A stretch of DNA of 64,000 nucleotides from Camelus dromedarius (lineage: Eukaryota), in assembly GCF_036321535.1 (NCBI RefSeq), contig NC_087436.1, forward strand, positions 4,774,001 to 4,838,000. The letters run 5' to 3'. The position numbers and the translations under genes were made by a program. Positions 1-12,436 of the stretch are shown in pieces (position 1 is the first letter of the stretch; each line of letters opens with the position of its first letter). Below the pieces are notes generated by a model. It was not told the origin of the DNA and did not search any database. It worked only from the letters and a program-made list of their open reading frames with translations.

Positions 1-884
1 CGGGTGGAACGCCTGTGGTTACTCCTCTGCATTGTGACCGAGCGGTCCCATACACTGTGCCCCTGCCTTTCTTTCTAGAAGTGGGTCTGTGACAAACAAG
101 GAAAGAAATGCAGTGATAGTCTCAGCCCTAAGGGCATGTGTGCTCCCAACAAAGCTACGTCTGAGGTATTTGTTTGTTTGTAAGTCATTAGCGTATTTAT
201 TTATGTATATGGTTGCTTTAAAAAAATTTTTTTCCTATTTAATTTTAAACATCGTGAAGTTAGGGGCCATTGCTTTCATGGAGGCTTTTCATGGGGCATC
301 CTAGAAGGTTTTCAATACACATTTTGTCCCAGGAAAGACTGGATTTCTGGTTTAAGAAGTGTCCAGGTTGGGGAGAAGTGAATCTATTTCAGGCATTTTT
401 CTTTTCTGGTGCATGTCTGGCATGATGAACTTCCTGATATGAAATTCCAAAGAAAGGACTAAGGCTCAGGGCCTTTTGATTTCATATAAGTGGCCCCCAC
501 TCGAGCATCCCGAGACCCCGGCTTTCCTGGTGGACGCCTCTGGCAGACACAGCGTGGTCGGGCTGCCCGCTGTCACCCATGTCCTTGCTGGGGGAGCACC
601 CACGTTGCCCTGGGGGTCCTTCTCCAGGAGGATCCGGGAGGGCCGGCTGCTTCCCATCTCCACGGGGCGAAGGTGCTGACCACCCGCCGACGGTCATCAG
701 CTTGGGCGAGGGCGACCATTCTGGGGGTGAGACCTGAGGGGTGGTCTGCAGGGCTTCTGGCAAAGGGCTTCTTGATCTTAAAAAACTCACAAGACTGAGC
801 CCGTCCTCTGCCTTAGATACAGTCAGGTGGGGAGGGAATCCCTGCAGCTGCTCTTCCCTCTGGCAGAGGGGAGACCGATGGCCT

Positions 885-1160
885 GAGGGTTAAGGAATCG
901 GGCTTTGGAGTGAGTGCCGGCTTCCAGTCCCATCTCTGCCACTGGCTGGCCACGAGGGCTCCTGCCAGGTGGGGAGTCCCTCAGGGCTTCCTTTCCCTTC
1001 TCTGGAAAATGGGTGAGAGTGAATATTTGGAGGATAAATGAGCATCTCAAGTCCCCTCTTGTGAAAAACAAGAATAATGAGAGGTCTCCCTCGTAGGACC
1101 CTTATGAGGATTACACGAAGCAACGCAGGTAAAAGGCGCTTAGACTGAAGCTGGTGCGCG
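885..1160 (+). mobile_element. MIR SINE relic (approximate bounds)
   Basis: GGTTAAGGAATCGGGCTTTGGAG...CCAGTCCCATCTCTGCCACT...TCTCTGGAAAATGGG...TGAGGATTA resembles the MIR core. Confidence 0.6.
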
Positions 1161-2571
1161 GGTGGTGTCAACAAACGCTAGCTGGAAGCAAAGCGTCAGC
1201 GCAGGGGGCAGGCCCCGGCGGGCCCCAGCAAGCAGAGCGGAGGCCCGCTTGTACTGCGTGTGGAGCTGCCAGCGCCTTGAGACGCTTTTTCACCAGATTT
1301 TTAAAGCTGATGTCATGACCTGGGCCACTACAATCAGGGTGTTCCCTGCCTTCCAGTGAAAATCATCTGGATGACATGGATTGCCCGTCAGTGCAGAGGG
1401 AGTGGACCTGGTGTTCCGTCACACCTGAGAGGCTGCTACCATGGGCTTCTCTGTCCACGTCAGTTTAGACCCTGCTCAGGAAGAAGGGAGAAACTTACGC
1501 ATACTGAACACTCTACTTCCACTGGGGTGAATTTTAACTCAGCCCCCAGCATTTAAACGCTCTTCACCTCAGTGACCGACGGAGCTGATCGCAAGTCCAG
1601 GCACAGTTCTGAATGCGGACCCTGTGAATCATCCCAGCATCACACAGGGCTTTAAAGGGCTTCATCTTGGGCTAAAGCAGCAGTGAAAGCTCTGCATGTT
1701 GGCTTTCTTCCAAATCCAGCTCCCAAGGCTAAAATTCTCAAGTCCAGAACATGCACTGTTTAATTACCTGACGACTACTGAGTCTCGTTTGAGAAAACAC
1801 AGTTTGATCGATGGGTCCAGCTGTGGCCCCCGTGCGTGAATTTTCCGATCACTTTAAGATGCTGGCTCCGCAGCTGTCATCTGGAACTTTAACATGCACT
1901 TGCACAAAGCTGCTTTACAGGCTTGTCTCCATCCATGAGAGAGGGACGGCGTTTCTCAGGGAAACTTCAATATACAATTTGTTACATATCCTAGCGATGC
2001 TATCATCAGTGTTAATGTTTTTGTTTTTCTTAAATGTCCAGATTCTTGTAAATGAACAGTTTAGAATGGAGTGACCTCAGGACAGGTTTTGCCCAGTAAA
2101 GGACTGTTTGCTGAAGTCCTGTTTTTCTCCTGCTGACACAGTGATGCTTCTGACAGCTAGGATGGTGGAATGGGATTCCAGATTCTTCCATTCCCACAAT
2201 TTGATTAGGGAAACCATCGGAGGAAGGGCCAGTCCACTGTCGTCCTCACCAGGGCTCTTGGAGTGATCAGGATTGTTGAAGGAAGGGCTGGAAGCGGGGA
2301 GACTGGCTCCTCATTGGGTTGGGGAGGTTTGGGGACGATGAGGCAGCAGGTCTAAGCTTGTCTCTGAGCAATCTCTGATTGTGCTTAGGGCACATTCATT
2401 GCGTTCTTACCATCTTCCATCAAACCCACCTGCGCCGCCCCTCCGAGATGTAGTGGGAAGGAGATGTAGTTGCGATGGCAACTTTAGTGAGAAGAGGGAC
2501 CTAGGGTTTTCAAATGGCCAAGCAGAGAATAACATGTGTTTTATACAACATCATTTTCAATAATGCTTTCT

Positions 2572-2739
2572 TGTCAATTGAAGTCTAGTCGATTTACAAT
2601 GCTGTGTTAATTTCAGGTGTACAGCACAGAAATTCAGTTATATATTTATGTTCTTTTTCATATTCTTTTCCATTATAGGGTATTACAAGGTACTGAATAT
2701 AGTTCCCTGTGCTGTACGGTAGAAACTTCTTGTTTACCT
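2572..2739 (-). mobile_element. Short L1 3'-end insertion (artiodactyl/camelid type) with perfect 19-bp TSD
   Basis: Flanked by identical ATTTTCAATAATGCTTTCT at 2553-2571 and 2740-2758; body matches the other L1 3' ends in the window (23.9, 49.7, 61.2 kb). Confidence 0.88.
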
Positions 2740-4249
2740 ATTTTCAATAATGCTTTCTCATATCCTTTCTTTGTTGGGCTCCAGTGACCGGCATAATCCC
2801 AAAGTCTGCAGGAATAAAGGCAATCTCAGTGTAAGAAGGGCATCTTGATGTCTAACTCTGAGGAAACAGATCATTTATGTGCTTTCAAGGTCACCCTTTC
2901 CATTGCCAGTCAAAAGGAGAGCAGAATAATCATTTAGTTGGAAATGTCTGTTTTGACATTACAGGGAGGTGAAGAGATTTCTCTCTGAACTCTATAAACG
3001 TTAACAACATGGCCTGTTCTGTAGAAGTGTTTCTTTCTCTTCTTTTTCCTTTAAGGACATTCTACTCTAAACCCACTCAGGTGTGTTTAGCATGGGAACA
3101 ATTCATGACTTTGACTTCCATTAAGTTCCCTGTGAATGCTTCTGCTGGTTTTGATAACACTGAGAAAGAGAAGAATTAAGTATCTGGAAAGTGCAGCAAT
3201 ATACTCCTTATAGGGAGCATTTAGATATTTTTGTTGGGAGGTTATTCCACACAAAGTAGAAAATCCTCACAGCATTCAGTGTTATTTATCCCCGTAAAAC
3301 ATACTGACTTTGATTTTCTTTAGCAGAACTGAATTTCCCAAGCGTACGTCCTTCTGTGCAAGGGGGTTTCCACCCCTGCACGTAGCGCTAAACAATAATG
3401 ACTTCAGTTCTTTCGGTTCAGAGAGAATTTTCTTGTTTTTTGCTGTTTTTCAGGTCCAAAGTCAAAGATGTGAACTTGTTCGTCTTCTTTATTGGTTTGT
3501 GGGACAGCCACCCAGCGGAGCGTCGCTGAGACTGATCGTGCGAGGAGCCCTGGTCCAAGGGAGAAAGGAATGAATGGTCACCGCTGTAAAGCAAAGGGTC
3601 AGGTGGACACCGGGTGGCGTCTGGCTGGTTGCTCTGAGTTTGGAGTCATGGTGATTATTGCGGGAATTATTGCAGGAGTGGATGAACTGGACTTTGCAAA
3701 GCTGTATATGTAACTTCCGTTTTATTTCAGGGTGTGTAATGAAGGGGTGGGGAGAATTCTCAAATCTAGGTACAAAATAGCAAAGCTTAGGAGTATTATT
3801 GATAATTTCTATTTTTTATAAACCTTCTGGCTATGATTCACCATTTTAATGTTAGGATTTTTCTTAACAAACTAAAGGAAAACCACAGGGAATATATATA
3901 TATATATTTTTTTTTAAACAAAAGAGCCCTAATCTACTTCACTCTGACAGTGATTTGCATTTAATGTGTGGGACTGTTTGTTTTTACATTCTTACCTAAG
4001 ATGCCGAATTTTTTTTTTTTGTCCCTTGCACATGAGAGGAATTTTTCATAATTTGTGTGATATATAAAAGTCTTCCTAGTCTCTATGCATTTAATGGTCA
4101 GTTGGTGCTACATTTATTTGTCCTTGTTTATAGCATCTTTTGAAATGTCCTGTGCACCATATAAGAAACCACTTTCTCTTCTAGTTGGTTGATCACAGAA
4201 AACAAAAACAAAAACAAAAACACAAAAAACCAGGGATTGAAAATACAAA

Positions 4250-5300
4250 AATATTGAGATGTCAAAGATAGACTAATAGAGAAGCAACGTTTATCTCGTG
4301 AGTTCTAGAAGAAGAGACAAATGGAAATAGAGAATTGACATTAGAAGAAATGATAGACACTTTTTCAGACTGATAAATAAATAACTCCTTAGATTGTAGA
4401 AGTAACTTAAGTCCTGATAATCAACTAGGCACTGAGATTCACTGTAGAGACTGCAGAACCACAGAGATGAACAGAAATATATTAAAATGAGCAAAAATAA
4501 ATCACATATTATAAACAATAAACCACAGGAATCAGAATTTGACAGTAAATTTCACACTGGCCAAAACTGAGTGAAGGGAAAAAAAATATGACCTTGAAAA
4601 CACTGAGAGGACATAACCATCAACCTAAATTATCCTTCCACAGTGAGGGTAAAATAAAGATATTTAACGTAAGGGTTAATCTTTATGACTCATAGAATTT
4701 TGCTGAAATGATAAACGAAGTTTATCAGGAAAGAAATGGGACCCAGAAAAAGGCTACAGTGAAAAAAAATTTAGAAAGAAGATGTGGGTAAATAGATAGA
4801 AAACATTACATAGTATATGTAATTTCCATATAATATATATGGAAAATATAATAATAATTTAATGATGATAAATAAAAATTGAGGATTTTAAAGATGAGAA
4901 GAAACTAATACACCAGGCAAATTTTACCACAGAAGATAGATCAAAATATTTTAATTTTTATTATTAATACAGACATATTAATTAACACTCACCTTTATTA
5001 AGAAAAACATGCACATACAAATTTAAGGGTAACCAATAATGGGTTCTTAAACCTAGCTGGAGAGAAGGTGAGTGGACTGGAAGACACATTCAATGATCTT
5101 ATTTAGAATGCGGTACAAAGACGAAGCCTATGTGAAATGGAAAGAAAGTTTAAGATACAGAGAGGTTTTAGAAAGTCTAACATGCCACTAACTGAAATTC
5201 CAAAAAAGAACAGGAGAGAAGCCTTTGGAAGGTGTACCGAGAGTATATTAGAGGTGATAAAAGGTTATGATCTGTAGACTTAAGAAGTCAAATAAATAAA
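4250..5300 (+). mobile_element. Ancient L1 ORF1/inter-ORF fragments, highly decayed
   Basis: A-rich sense strand with L1 ORF1-like phrases, e.g. CAACCTAAATTATCCTTCCACAGTGAGGGTAAAATAAAGATATTT. Confidence 0.6.
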
Positions 5301-5314
5301 AGCGTTTTTGTATT

Positions 5315-5690
5315 GTGTGAGGCTGTATGATCATTCCCAAACATTTTCCACTCCTTCTTATGGAGACGAGGTATTTTCCACCCAGTTACTGTTGAGCCTG
5401 ATGATGTAGCTTGCTTAATGAAAAGAAAGTGGCAGTGCCACGGGTCCCTGCCGGGCTGAAGCCCTGAGAGCGAGCATGCGTTTTGTCAGGGTTTCCTCCT
5501 CTTCCTGCCGTGATGCTGGAAATGCCCCAAGTCAGGGCTCATCTCTCAGCCTAGATGCAGACAAATGGAGATACGGGGCAAAGCCACGCTCAGCCCACAA
5601 CGGACACGTAGCACGGATGACATAAACTTCTGTTGCGCTCATCTTCGGGTACGACCCTTTAAGTCTTTCAACGTGCAGTTTAAGCTAGCT
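5315..5690 (+). mobile_element. MaLR LTR (MLT1I/J-like)
   Basis: GTAGCTTGCTT...AGAAAGTGGCAG, CTCAGCCTAG and GACATAAACTTCTGTTG resemble old MLT1 consensus segments. Confidence 0.55.
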
Positions 5691-5868
5691 GAGCAGTTCT
5701 CAGTGGGGAATGATTTTACCCCCGGGGGGTACTTGTCAATGTCTGGGTGCACTTCTGGTTGGAGGAAGGCTGTGGTCATGCCGCTAATCACCGTACAAGC
5801 TACGGGGCAGCCTCCGCAAGAGAGCTACCCAACCCAAACGTCAGTGGTGCCCAGCTTGAGAACCCCTG
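5691..5868 (+). mobile_element. MER20 hAT-Charlie DNA transposon
   Basis: GTTCTCAGTGGGGAATGATTTTACCCCCGGGGGTACTTGTCAATGTCTGG...CCAAACGTCAGTGGTGCCCAGCTTGAGAACCCCTG matches the MER20 ends. Confidence 0.8.
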
Positions 5869-5899
5869 ATGAGCCTACCTCCTGGTCATGGTCCCCAGA

Positions 5900-6200
5900 C
5901 ACGCTGCAGGAGACGGCACATCACCAAAGACACGGCGTCCTTAATGGGAACCACCGAGAACTGACTGACTACAACCCAAGAACCAACAGTTGGACCATCA
6001 GCTGATTTTTCAGTGGAAACCAGAAGGCCACGGAACACCACTTCAAACTGCTGAAAGAAAATGACGGTAAACATAGAACGGTGTAATCAGCAAGGCTATA
6101 TTTTAGACATGAGAGCCAAATAGTGGCATTTTTATGTAAACAAAACTAAGACATTTGCTGCAAGCAGACCTTAAGTACAGAGTATACCCCAGCCTCCCAC
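5900..6200 (+). mobile_element. Ancient L1 ORF1 fragment
   Basis: CATCAGCTGATTTTTCAGTGGAAACCAGAAGGCC...TTCAAACTGCTGAAAGAAA is typical of L1 ORF1. Confidence 0.6.
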
Positions 6201-7930
6201 TACCCTAAAAGTCATTCTAGTGGAGCGGTCTGACATGCAGAACGCAGTGGGGAAACAAAGAAGCAAATGTGGGGGTGCATTTCCACAGACTGAGTATATA
6301 CAACAATATCTCACTGAATCAAAAATGAAGATGAAGTTGAAATACTTGATAACTATCAAGTGAAAATCAGAGTTAAATTTCCCAAGGTCCGTGTATCATT
6401 TGAAGTTTCGTATAGCTTAGTATAGAAATTAAAATTTCTAAGGTCTCCGAGTCTTAAAATATATAAAATTGACCTTGGCAGAAACTTACAAGAGAAACTG
6501 ACAAATCTCCAGTCATCTTGGATTTTTGCTAGCACATGAGTTCATGCCACTCTTCACATCCAACGTCCTCACTGATGAGAATGCAAAGCAAGGCTTGGAA
6601 ATACTAAAAAGCAAGGCAGGCTTCTGTTCACTTCCATATTACAAGATTTTTCAACCCAGGGACAAAAATTGGACTAACATCTAGATGGAAAACTGTTAAA
6701 TACATACATACCTGAAAATATAAGAAAGAGGACTTTGCAAATTCACGTGTTTGTATGATCCCTGAGTCAGAGTCTGGCTACAGTGTGGGTTGGTACTGAA
6801 ACGATTGTCTCTAAGATTAACGGTTTTATTGTATTCATTGGTAATGGGCAGTCACAAGATAAAAATAGTATTTTAACTTATTTTCTATTATGTGACCCAA
6901 TGAATGTAACATCCATTATTTAAAAGGAACATTATTAGATATACCAATTACATGCAAAACAAACGGAAATTAAAAACCACTTTTTTCATTCATTCACTAT
7001 ATACAACACTCTACGGTTCAGCCGAAGGTGAGCAACAGCCAGACAGAGTTAAAGATTAAACTGAGAATTGTGATGCATAGTTTTTTAATTTTAATACTGA
7101 GGTCTGTGGAGAAAAGATAGACAGCAAATTAAAATTGTAGACAGAATATTAAACATGTAATCCCTGAAAGACAAAATTGGTTTCACAGAGCATGTTAGTG
7201 CCGAGGTTAATGAGAATTTGTTGGACTGGTTTCATCTGTGAAAGTAAGAGCTTCCATATGTTTCTTTCATGCTTTGTTTATTTTCCCAAGGCACAGATAT
7301 TGCCTGCCTGCTAAATGGGCACATTAGTAAGTAGCTATTTTTCTCAGACATGGTCTCAATGAATTTTGTGACCAGTAATAGCTGGACATACTGATCATTA
7401 TTTCCATGTTTTAGTGCAATATAAAAAAAGAAACAAATGAAAAAAAACTATTTTCTTCCATATCTTGAGAAAATTAAAGTAGAAAAAAATTCATGTTATC
7501 TGTATTTAACTTAGTCATCACTTTCTGAAATATTCCCCATGTTTTTCTAAGTTTCATTTCGGAAGGTGTTCTGCACATAATAGGATCACTCAGTATCATA
7601 AATTACTATCTCACAGTTTCTTTTTACATTTAATTTGTGTCAACTCTTCAAAGTGAACCCTGGATTGCTTCAACAGCTCTAGTTACAAATGCTTGCACTT
7701 CTAACGCTGTCTTCTGAAAATTGAACTGTAAAAGTTTGTTGTTGTCAAAGGGGTAAATGAATGAGGATTGGCAGAAAAAGAAAACGTAATCATAATAATA
7801 ATTTAAAAAAATTTTTCAGGCTTTACCATGAACTGTACGAGTAATTTACAAGTAATTTAAAACTCATCCAATCCTTGCCAAATCCAACATACCATACTGT
7901 GATTAAGCTCACTGTGTAAACTGGGAAATG

Positions 7931-8712
7931 TGTAATAAAAACTTTGGCTTCAGTCCAAAGAGAAGTCTGGTGACCCTAGTGACGAGGAAGTAATCCCCAA
8001 AGCCCTGAAATTTCCTGGGGGACCAGGGTCCTGTCCTGACTCGTGGTGGGCCTTGGAGACCACGCTGGATCGTTATGCTAATGAGGTGACTCTCATTATT
8101 CTAATGAGGTGGTTCATTATGCTAATGAGGAAGACCGACCAGGTGACTAGAGGGATAGGGCTTTGGGCTCACCTTCCTGGAAGAGGGGAACTGGAGACTG
8201 AATTTAATCAGCCACACCCACATCGTGAAACCCCAGTAAAACTGCATACTGAGCTCTGGTGAGGGTCTTGGGCTGGAGATGCTCTGTGCACAGCCCTGCG
8301 GACAAGGGAGCCTCATAATTGTTACCCCCAGATTCCCATTCGGTGCATCTCTTACTTTGGTTTGTCATTTGTGTCCTTTGGCCACAGTAAAACTGCAACA
8401 GCAATTGTATATAATAGTAGGAATATGAATGCTAAGTGTATATGACTTTTCTGAGTTCTGTGAGTTTTCTAACAAATTATCATTCCAGAAGGTGGCTGGG
8501 AGAACCCCCAAACTGATGGTCACCTCATCCAGAATGGGAGGGGTCCCGGGGACCCTCAACCTCCCAGCGGGTGTGTGAAGAGAGGGCAGTTCCGTGCGGA
8601 CTGTTCCCTCAGACTTTGCTGTTTGGCGCCCTCACTGCAGACTTGGGCAGACTCGACCGTCAGGAGGGCTGTGTCTTTAGCCCCGAGTTGGGCTGACTCT
8701 GGGTGGGAAACA
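7931..8712 (+). mobile_element. MER21-family LTR
   Basis: Starts TGTAATAAAAACTTTGGC; contains TTATGCTAATGAGGTGACTC and TTTTCTGAGTTCTGTGAGTTTTCTAACAAATTATC, typical of MER21. Confidence 0.75.
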
Positions 8713-8796
8713 AAGCCTTCATTTGCTATTTTAGCTAATTTGCTCAAAATCCTGCAGTAAACGTGTGGAGAATTTGGTACCCGGATCCCAGCAGTG

Positions 8797-8910
8797 TGTT
8801 CTTTTTCCTTCTAGGTTACCACAAGGTACTGAATACAGTTCCCCGGACTACACAGTAAGAAATTGTTGCAACGCGGTAAACTGACTATACTTCAATTAAA
8901 AAAGAAAAAG
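8797..8910. mobile_element. Tiny 5'-inverted L1 3' end
   Basis: About 8797-8867 is minus-strand L1 3' sequence (same orientation as 2660-2735); 8868-8910 is the plus-strand terminus TAAACTGACTATACTTCAATT plus A tail. Confidence 0.75.
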
Positions 8911-10439
8911 TGTTCAGCGTAGGAGTGTGACCGAGCTATACGCCCTCTGGCATGAAACTGACGCATGTGTCCTAACACAGTGAATCAGCAAAGACACACA
9001 CAGGGAGCTCTGACATCAGCCCCTCCTCGGGGACCTGGTTCTGAGCCTCAGCCATTTTTTCCCAGGGATCCGCATGCATCTTCCTCTGTGTGTCTGGTGA
9101 CTCGCACCAACCAGGTCAGCTTTCACTCCAGGACTTCTATAAACGCATCATAGCATTTGAGATCCAATGATGTTCTCTGAGTCTTTACCTCTGGATTGCT
9201 GAGGAACAATGTGCTTTGCTCTCTTTTGTTCATAAAACACTGGCGGTGGTTGGGGGCGGTGACAGCTTTCTCACCTGCGTCCTGAGCACACTTCTCGGTA
9301 TCTGTGTTCCCTCTGTGGCTGCATTTTCTCTGCAGAATCTGAGAGCTATTTTTATCATGTGGTAATGAGAAGAGGAACTAAAAGCATTGGGGACCCTTTA
9401 TGCTGAAGGTCCCAATGGAAAATAGATTTTCTCCTCATTGTAGGATGAAAACTGTCATGTACAACTACAGAAAATATTGCATGGTTTCTCCACCTGATGA
9501 TGACTACATTACAGAAGTGTGAGCAGTCCAGCTTCCACCCCGAGGGTGACACTACCATGTGTAATGTGGGTGCGGGCGTGTGCAAATGTGGAACAGAATA
9601 AAAGGCATAATGGTGTTCACCGCAATGCTATGCAGATTTTAAATGCACTAAATCTGTTTTCTAGATAATCATACATTGCATTTTTTCAATCCACTTAGTT
9701 ACTCTAATAAAAGTAGTATCTTATAATTTTATACATTTTCTTAATTTTAAGGTTTTCTCACCATTTTTATTTTAAGTGCTTATGGTTTGCTCCTCTTTGC
9801 TTGATTAGGTTGCTCAGTGGCTTGTTGATTCTGTTTTCTTCCAAGACCTCGATTTCAGACCTGTGTGTCTGTTCTGTTTCTTTATTTGCTTCCAAACTCG
9901 TTGATTACCGGTTTTAATTTATCAGTCCCTCTCTTCTCCCTCTTTTGGTCTCATTATTGTCTTGTTCTCACTTTTTTCCGTGCATGTTTCTCCTTGGAGC
10001 GCCCTGCTCAGGTTGGCTCGTTCCTAGGACCCCAGCTGCTCTCACACCGTGCGTTTCCCCTGCGCTCCCCGAGGAGTCAAGCCTAGTTGCAGACTGGGCT
10101 GCAGTTTTCAGATTAGCTCCCTGAACTTTCTGCACCAAGTGGAGAGCCCTCAATCTGAGGATTGCTACCTATGGGTGGGCTTGCGTCTTAACACTGTTCG
10201 AGGTGTGCTTGCCTTTCCTGCTTCCTTCCCCGTGGTGGCTCACACCCGGCCAGATTTTTGCGGTCTTGCTGGCTCAGCCCGTCCACCTGCATATGGAGGT
10301 CCTGGGAGAAACCTTGCTGTTACTCATTTCCCCTGGATGTAACCTGTCTGTAGGATTCATTCATTGGTCATTCACTTTCCTTTTTTTGTATTTTTGCAGG
10401 GGGAGAATTAGGGATCTTCAAAGACTATAAAATTGCCTC

Positions 10440-10870
10440 CATCTTCTTTTGACTTATTTTTTTAATGAGCACTCTGGCTGCTAAACCAGTGAGGATGCAA
10501 GTCAGGAATGGCACCTGGGTACCAGTTGCAGGGCTACCATGGTGGTCCAGGTGGGAGAGGCTGGTGGCTTGGACACTTTGAAGGTTTGTTCAGAGAAAGC
10601 CTCTCTCAAGGACCAACTTTTGAGCTGAAGCCAGAAGGAGGAGAGGAGGCATGTGAAGAGACAGGAAGAGAGCCTCCCAGACATCTGCTGGGCCAGGTGG
10701 GAAGGGTGGGTGGGAGCATGAGCTGCAGAGACCGTGATTCAGGGAAGGACGAGAGAAGGAGGGAAAGGCCAGCCCCCGCCTGTCCTTGGAAACCCTCTCA
10801 GGGGTTTGAGACGCTAGGAAGTCATCCAGGTCACAGACTGGAGCACACGTGTGAGACAATGTCATAGGAG
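10440..10870 (-). mobile_element. L2 3' fragment
   Basis: TCAGAGAAAGCCTCTCTCAAGGACCAACTTTTGAGCTGAAGCCAGAAGGA resembles the antisense L2 tail. Confidence 0.55.
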
Positions 10871-11399
10871 CAGAAGGGGAGGAGGGCCGACCGAGGCAGC
10901 AGGATCTCACTGTTGCATCAGAGGGAAAAAATGATCTAATCTGATCTGAGGATTAATCTAAGTCTTTTCTGGAAAAAAAAAATTTTATACCTTGAAGGAG
11001 AAGTGCTATTTCAGTAGATGGGAAGAGAGGGAGCCAGCACTTTCCACACTTTTTTAGACTGAGAAAAACTAGTTCCAATGAAAAGTGTGCTGGTTTAGTA
11101 AAGTTCACCCCGTAAGTACTCTCCCACCCTAAATAATCTCCCCCAAAGCGAAATTAGGGCATGCTAAATTAGCCTCCGCCTGGTTTTATTCTCATGGATG
11201 GTATAGGAGCCTCTCAGGAAAACTCTGATGCCAACCGTCCTGTTTTATTTTGAGAACTCACTTGTATGAACAGCAGAGGGGAAATCAGTTAAGTTTTCAA
11301 AGAAGCAGAAGTACCACGTTTGCTCTGGGGCCCCGTTCCCCCGTGAGAAGCCCGAGTACTTGGTGGGGGTCTTAACCACGTTTCACTGGCATAGAATCT

Positions 11400-11630
11400 A
11401 ACGATAATTATGGTTCATAGAAAACATCTTCAACTAATACGTGTGCACAGTGCTTTACATACATCGCCTCACACATCACGGCGACCCTTGGAAACAGGTC
11501 ATATTCTTATGTCCACTTTACAGATGTGTCCACTGAAGCTCAGTGAGGTTCAGGCTACATTCAGCAACGTCCCTCTGTGAAATTCCAGCTGACCCTCGAA
11601 GCCAAGGCGCTGGTTCCTGTACCCCACAGA
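11400..11630 (-). mobile_element. MIR SINE relic
   Basis: CAGTGCTTTACAT...CCACTTTACAGATGTGTCCACTGAAGCTCAGTGAGGTT, the antisense MIR core. Confidence 0.7.
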
Positions 11631-12367
11631 GATGAAGTCTCTGTTTCACTGACATTTCAGAGCACCCTGCCTTGGAAGCTGTGTGCTGTCAGCATTTTTA
11701 ACCAGATATTTAAAGACCTATTTGACCTCTTTTCTTAGGACAAATTTCATTTTCTGGCTCTTTGAAACACGGCAGACGTTGCTCCCAAATAAATAAATAT
11801 AGCATAAACACCACCAGAACTGTGTTTTCAAGGGCTAATTTAAGCTTTTTGTAAGTGCGTTTGATTTTAGGACAGATCATTCTGTGATGCAAATAAAGTT
11901 CAGCTCTGCTGTGTCCTTGTTTAAAAGCTAGCCGCGTGCCTTTTTCCCAGGAGCCTGCGCGTGGTGGGGTTTGTTTCGTCGCTTTCAGATTACTTGATCA
12001 ACAGCCTGCAGCACAAAACTCAATTTCATCCCCTGTGAAAACGTTCGGGCTAATGGTTTCAGACTTTGTTGCTCAATTTATCTGCCTCTTAGAAGGAGTC
12101 ATTAAGTGGAAGAAACCCGCTTTGGGAAACAAGGAGTTTTTCATTTGCTGGTAGAGGCATTTTCTTTATAAAGGCATCATTAATCACATAGTTAAACCAC
12201 TAATTAAAAATGTTTTACTTTGACTTGCTTTATTTTCCTGAACTACACTAAGCACCAGTCTGTCATGTGTAGGCAGGTAATGACCGAAGACCTCTGTGTC
12301 CCGTCTGTCGTTAAAGATTAATACTAACCCTGTGTTGCATTTCTCTTGTCACATGCGCCTGGTGTGT

Positions 12368-12370
<3 letters not shown>

Positions 12371-12434
<64 letters not shown>
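12371..12434. repeat. (TG)32 microsatellite
   Basis: Perfect dinucleotide run read directly. Confidence 0.97.

Positions 12435-12436
<2 letters not shown>

Noticed and set aside
466..1360. GC-rich region with several overlapping ORFs
   Set aside because: Overlapping P/G/R-rich ORFs on both strands are expected from GC content; part of it is MIR
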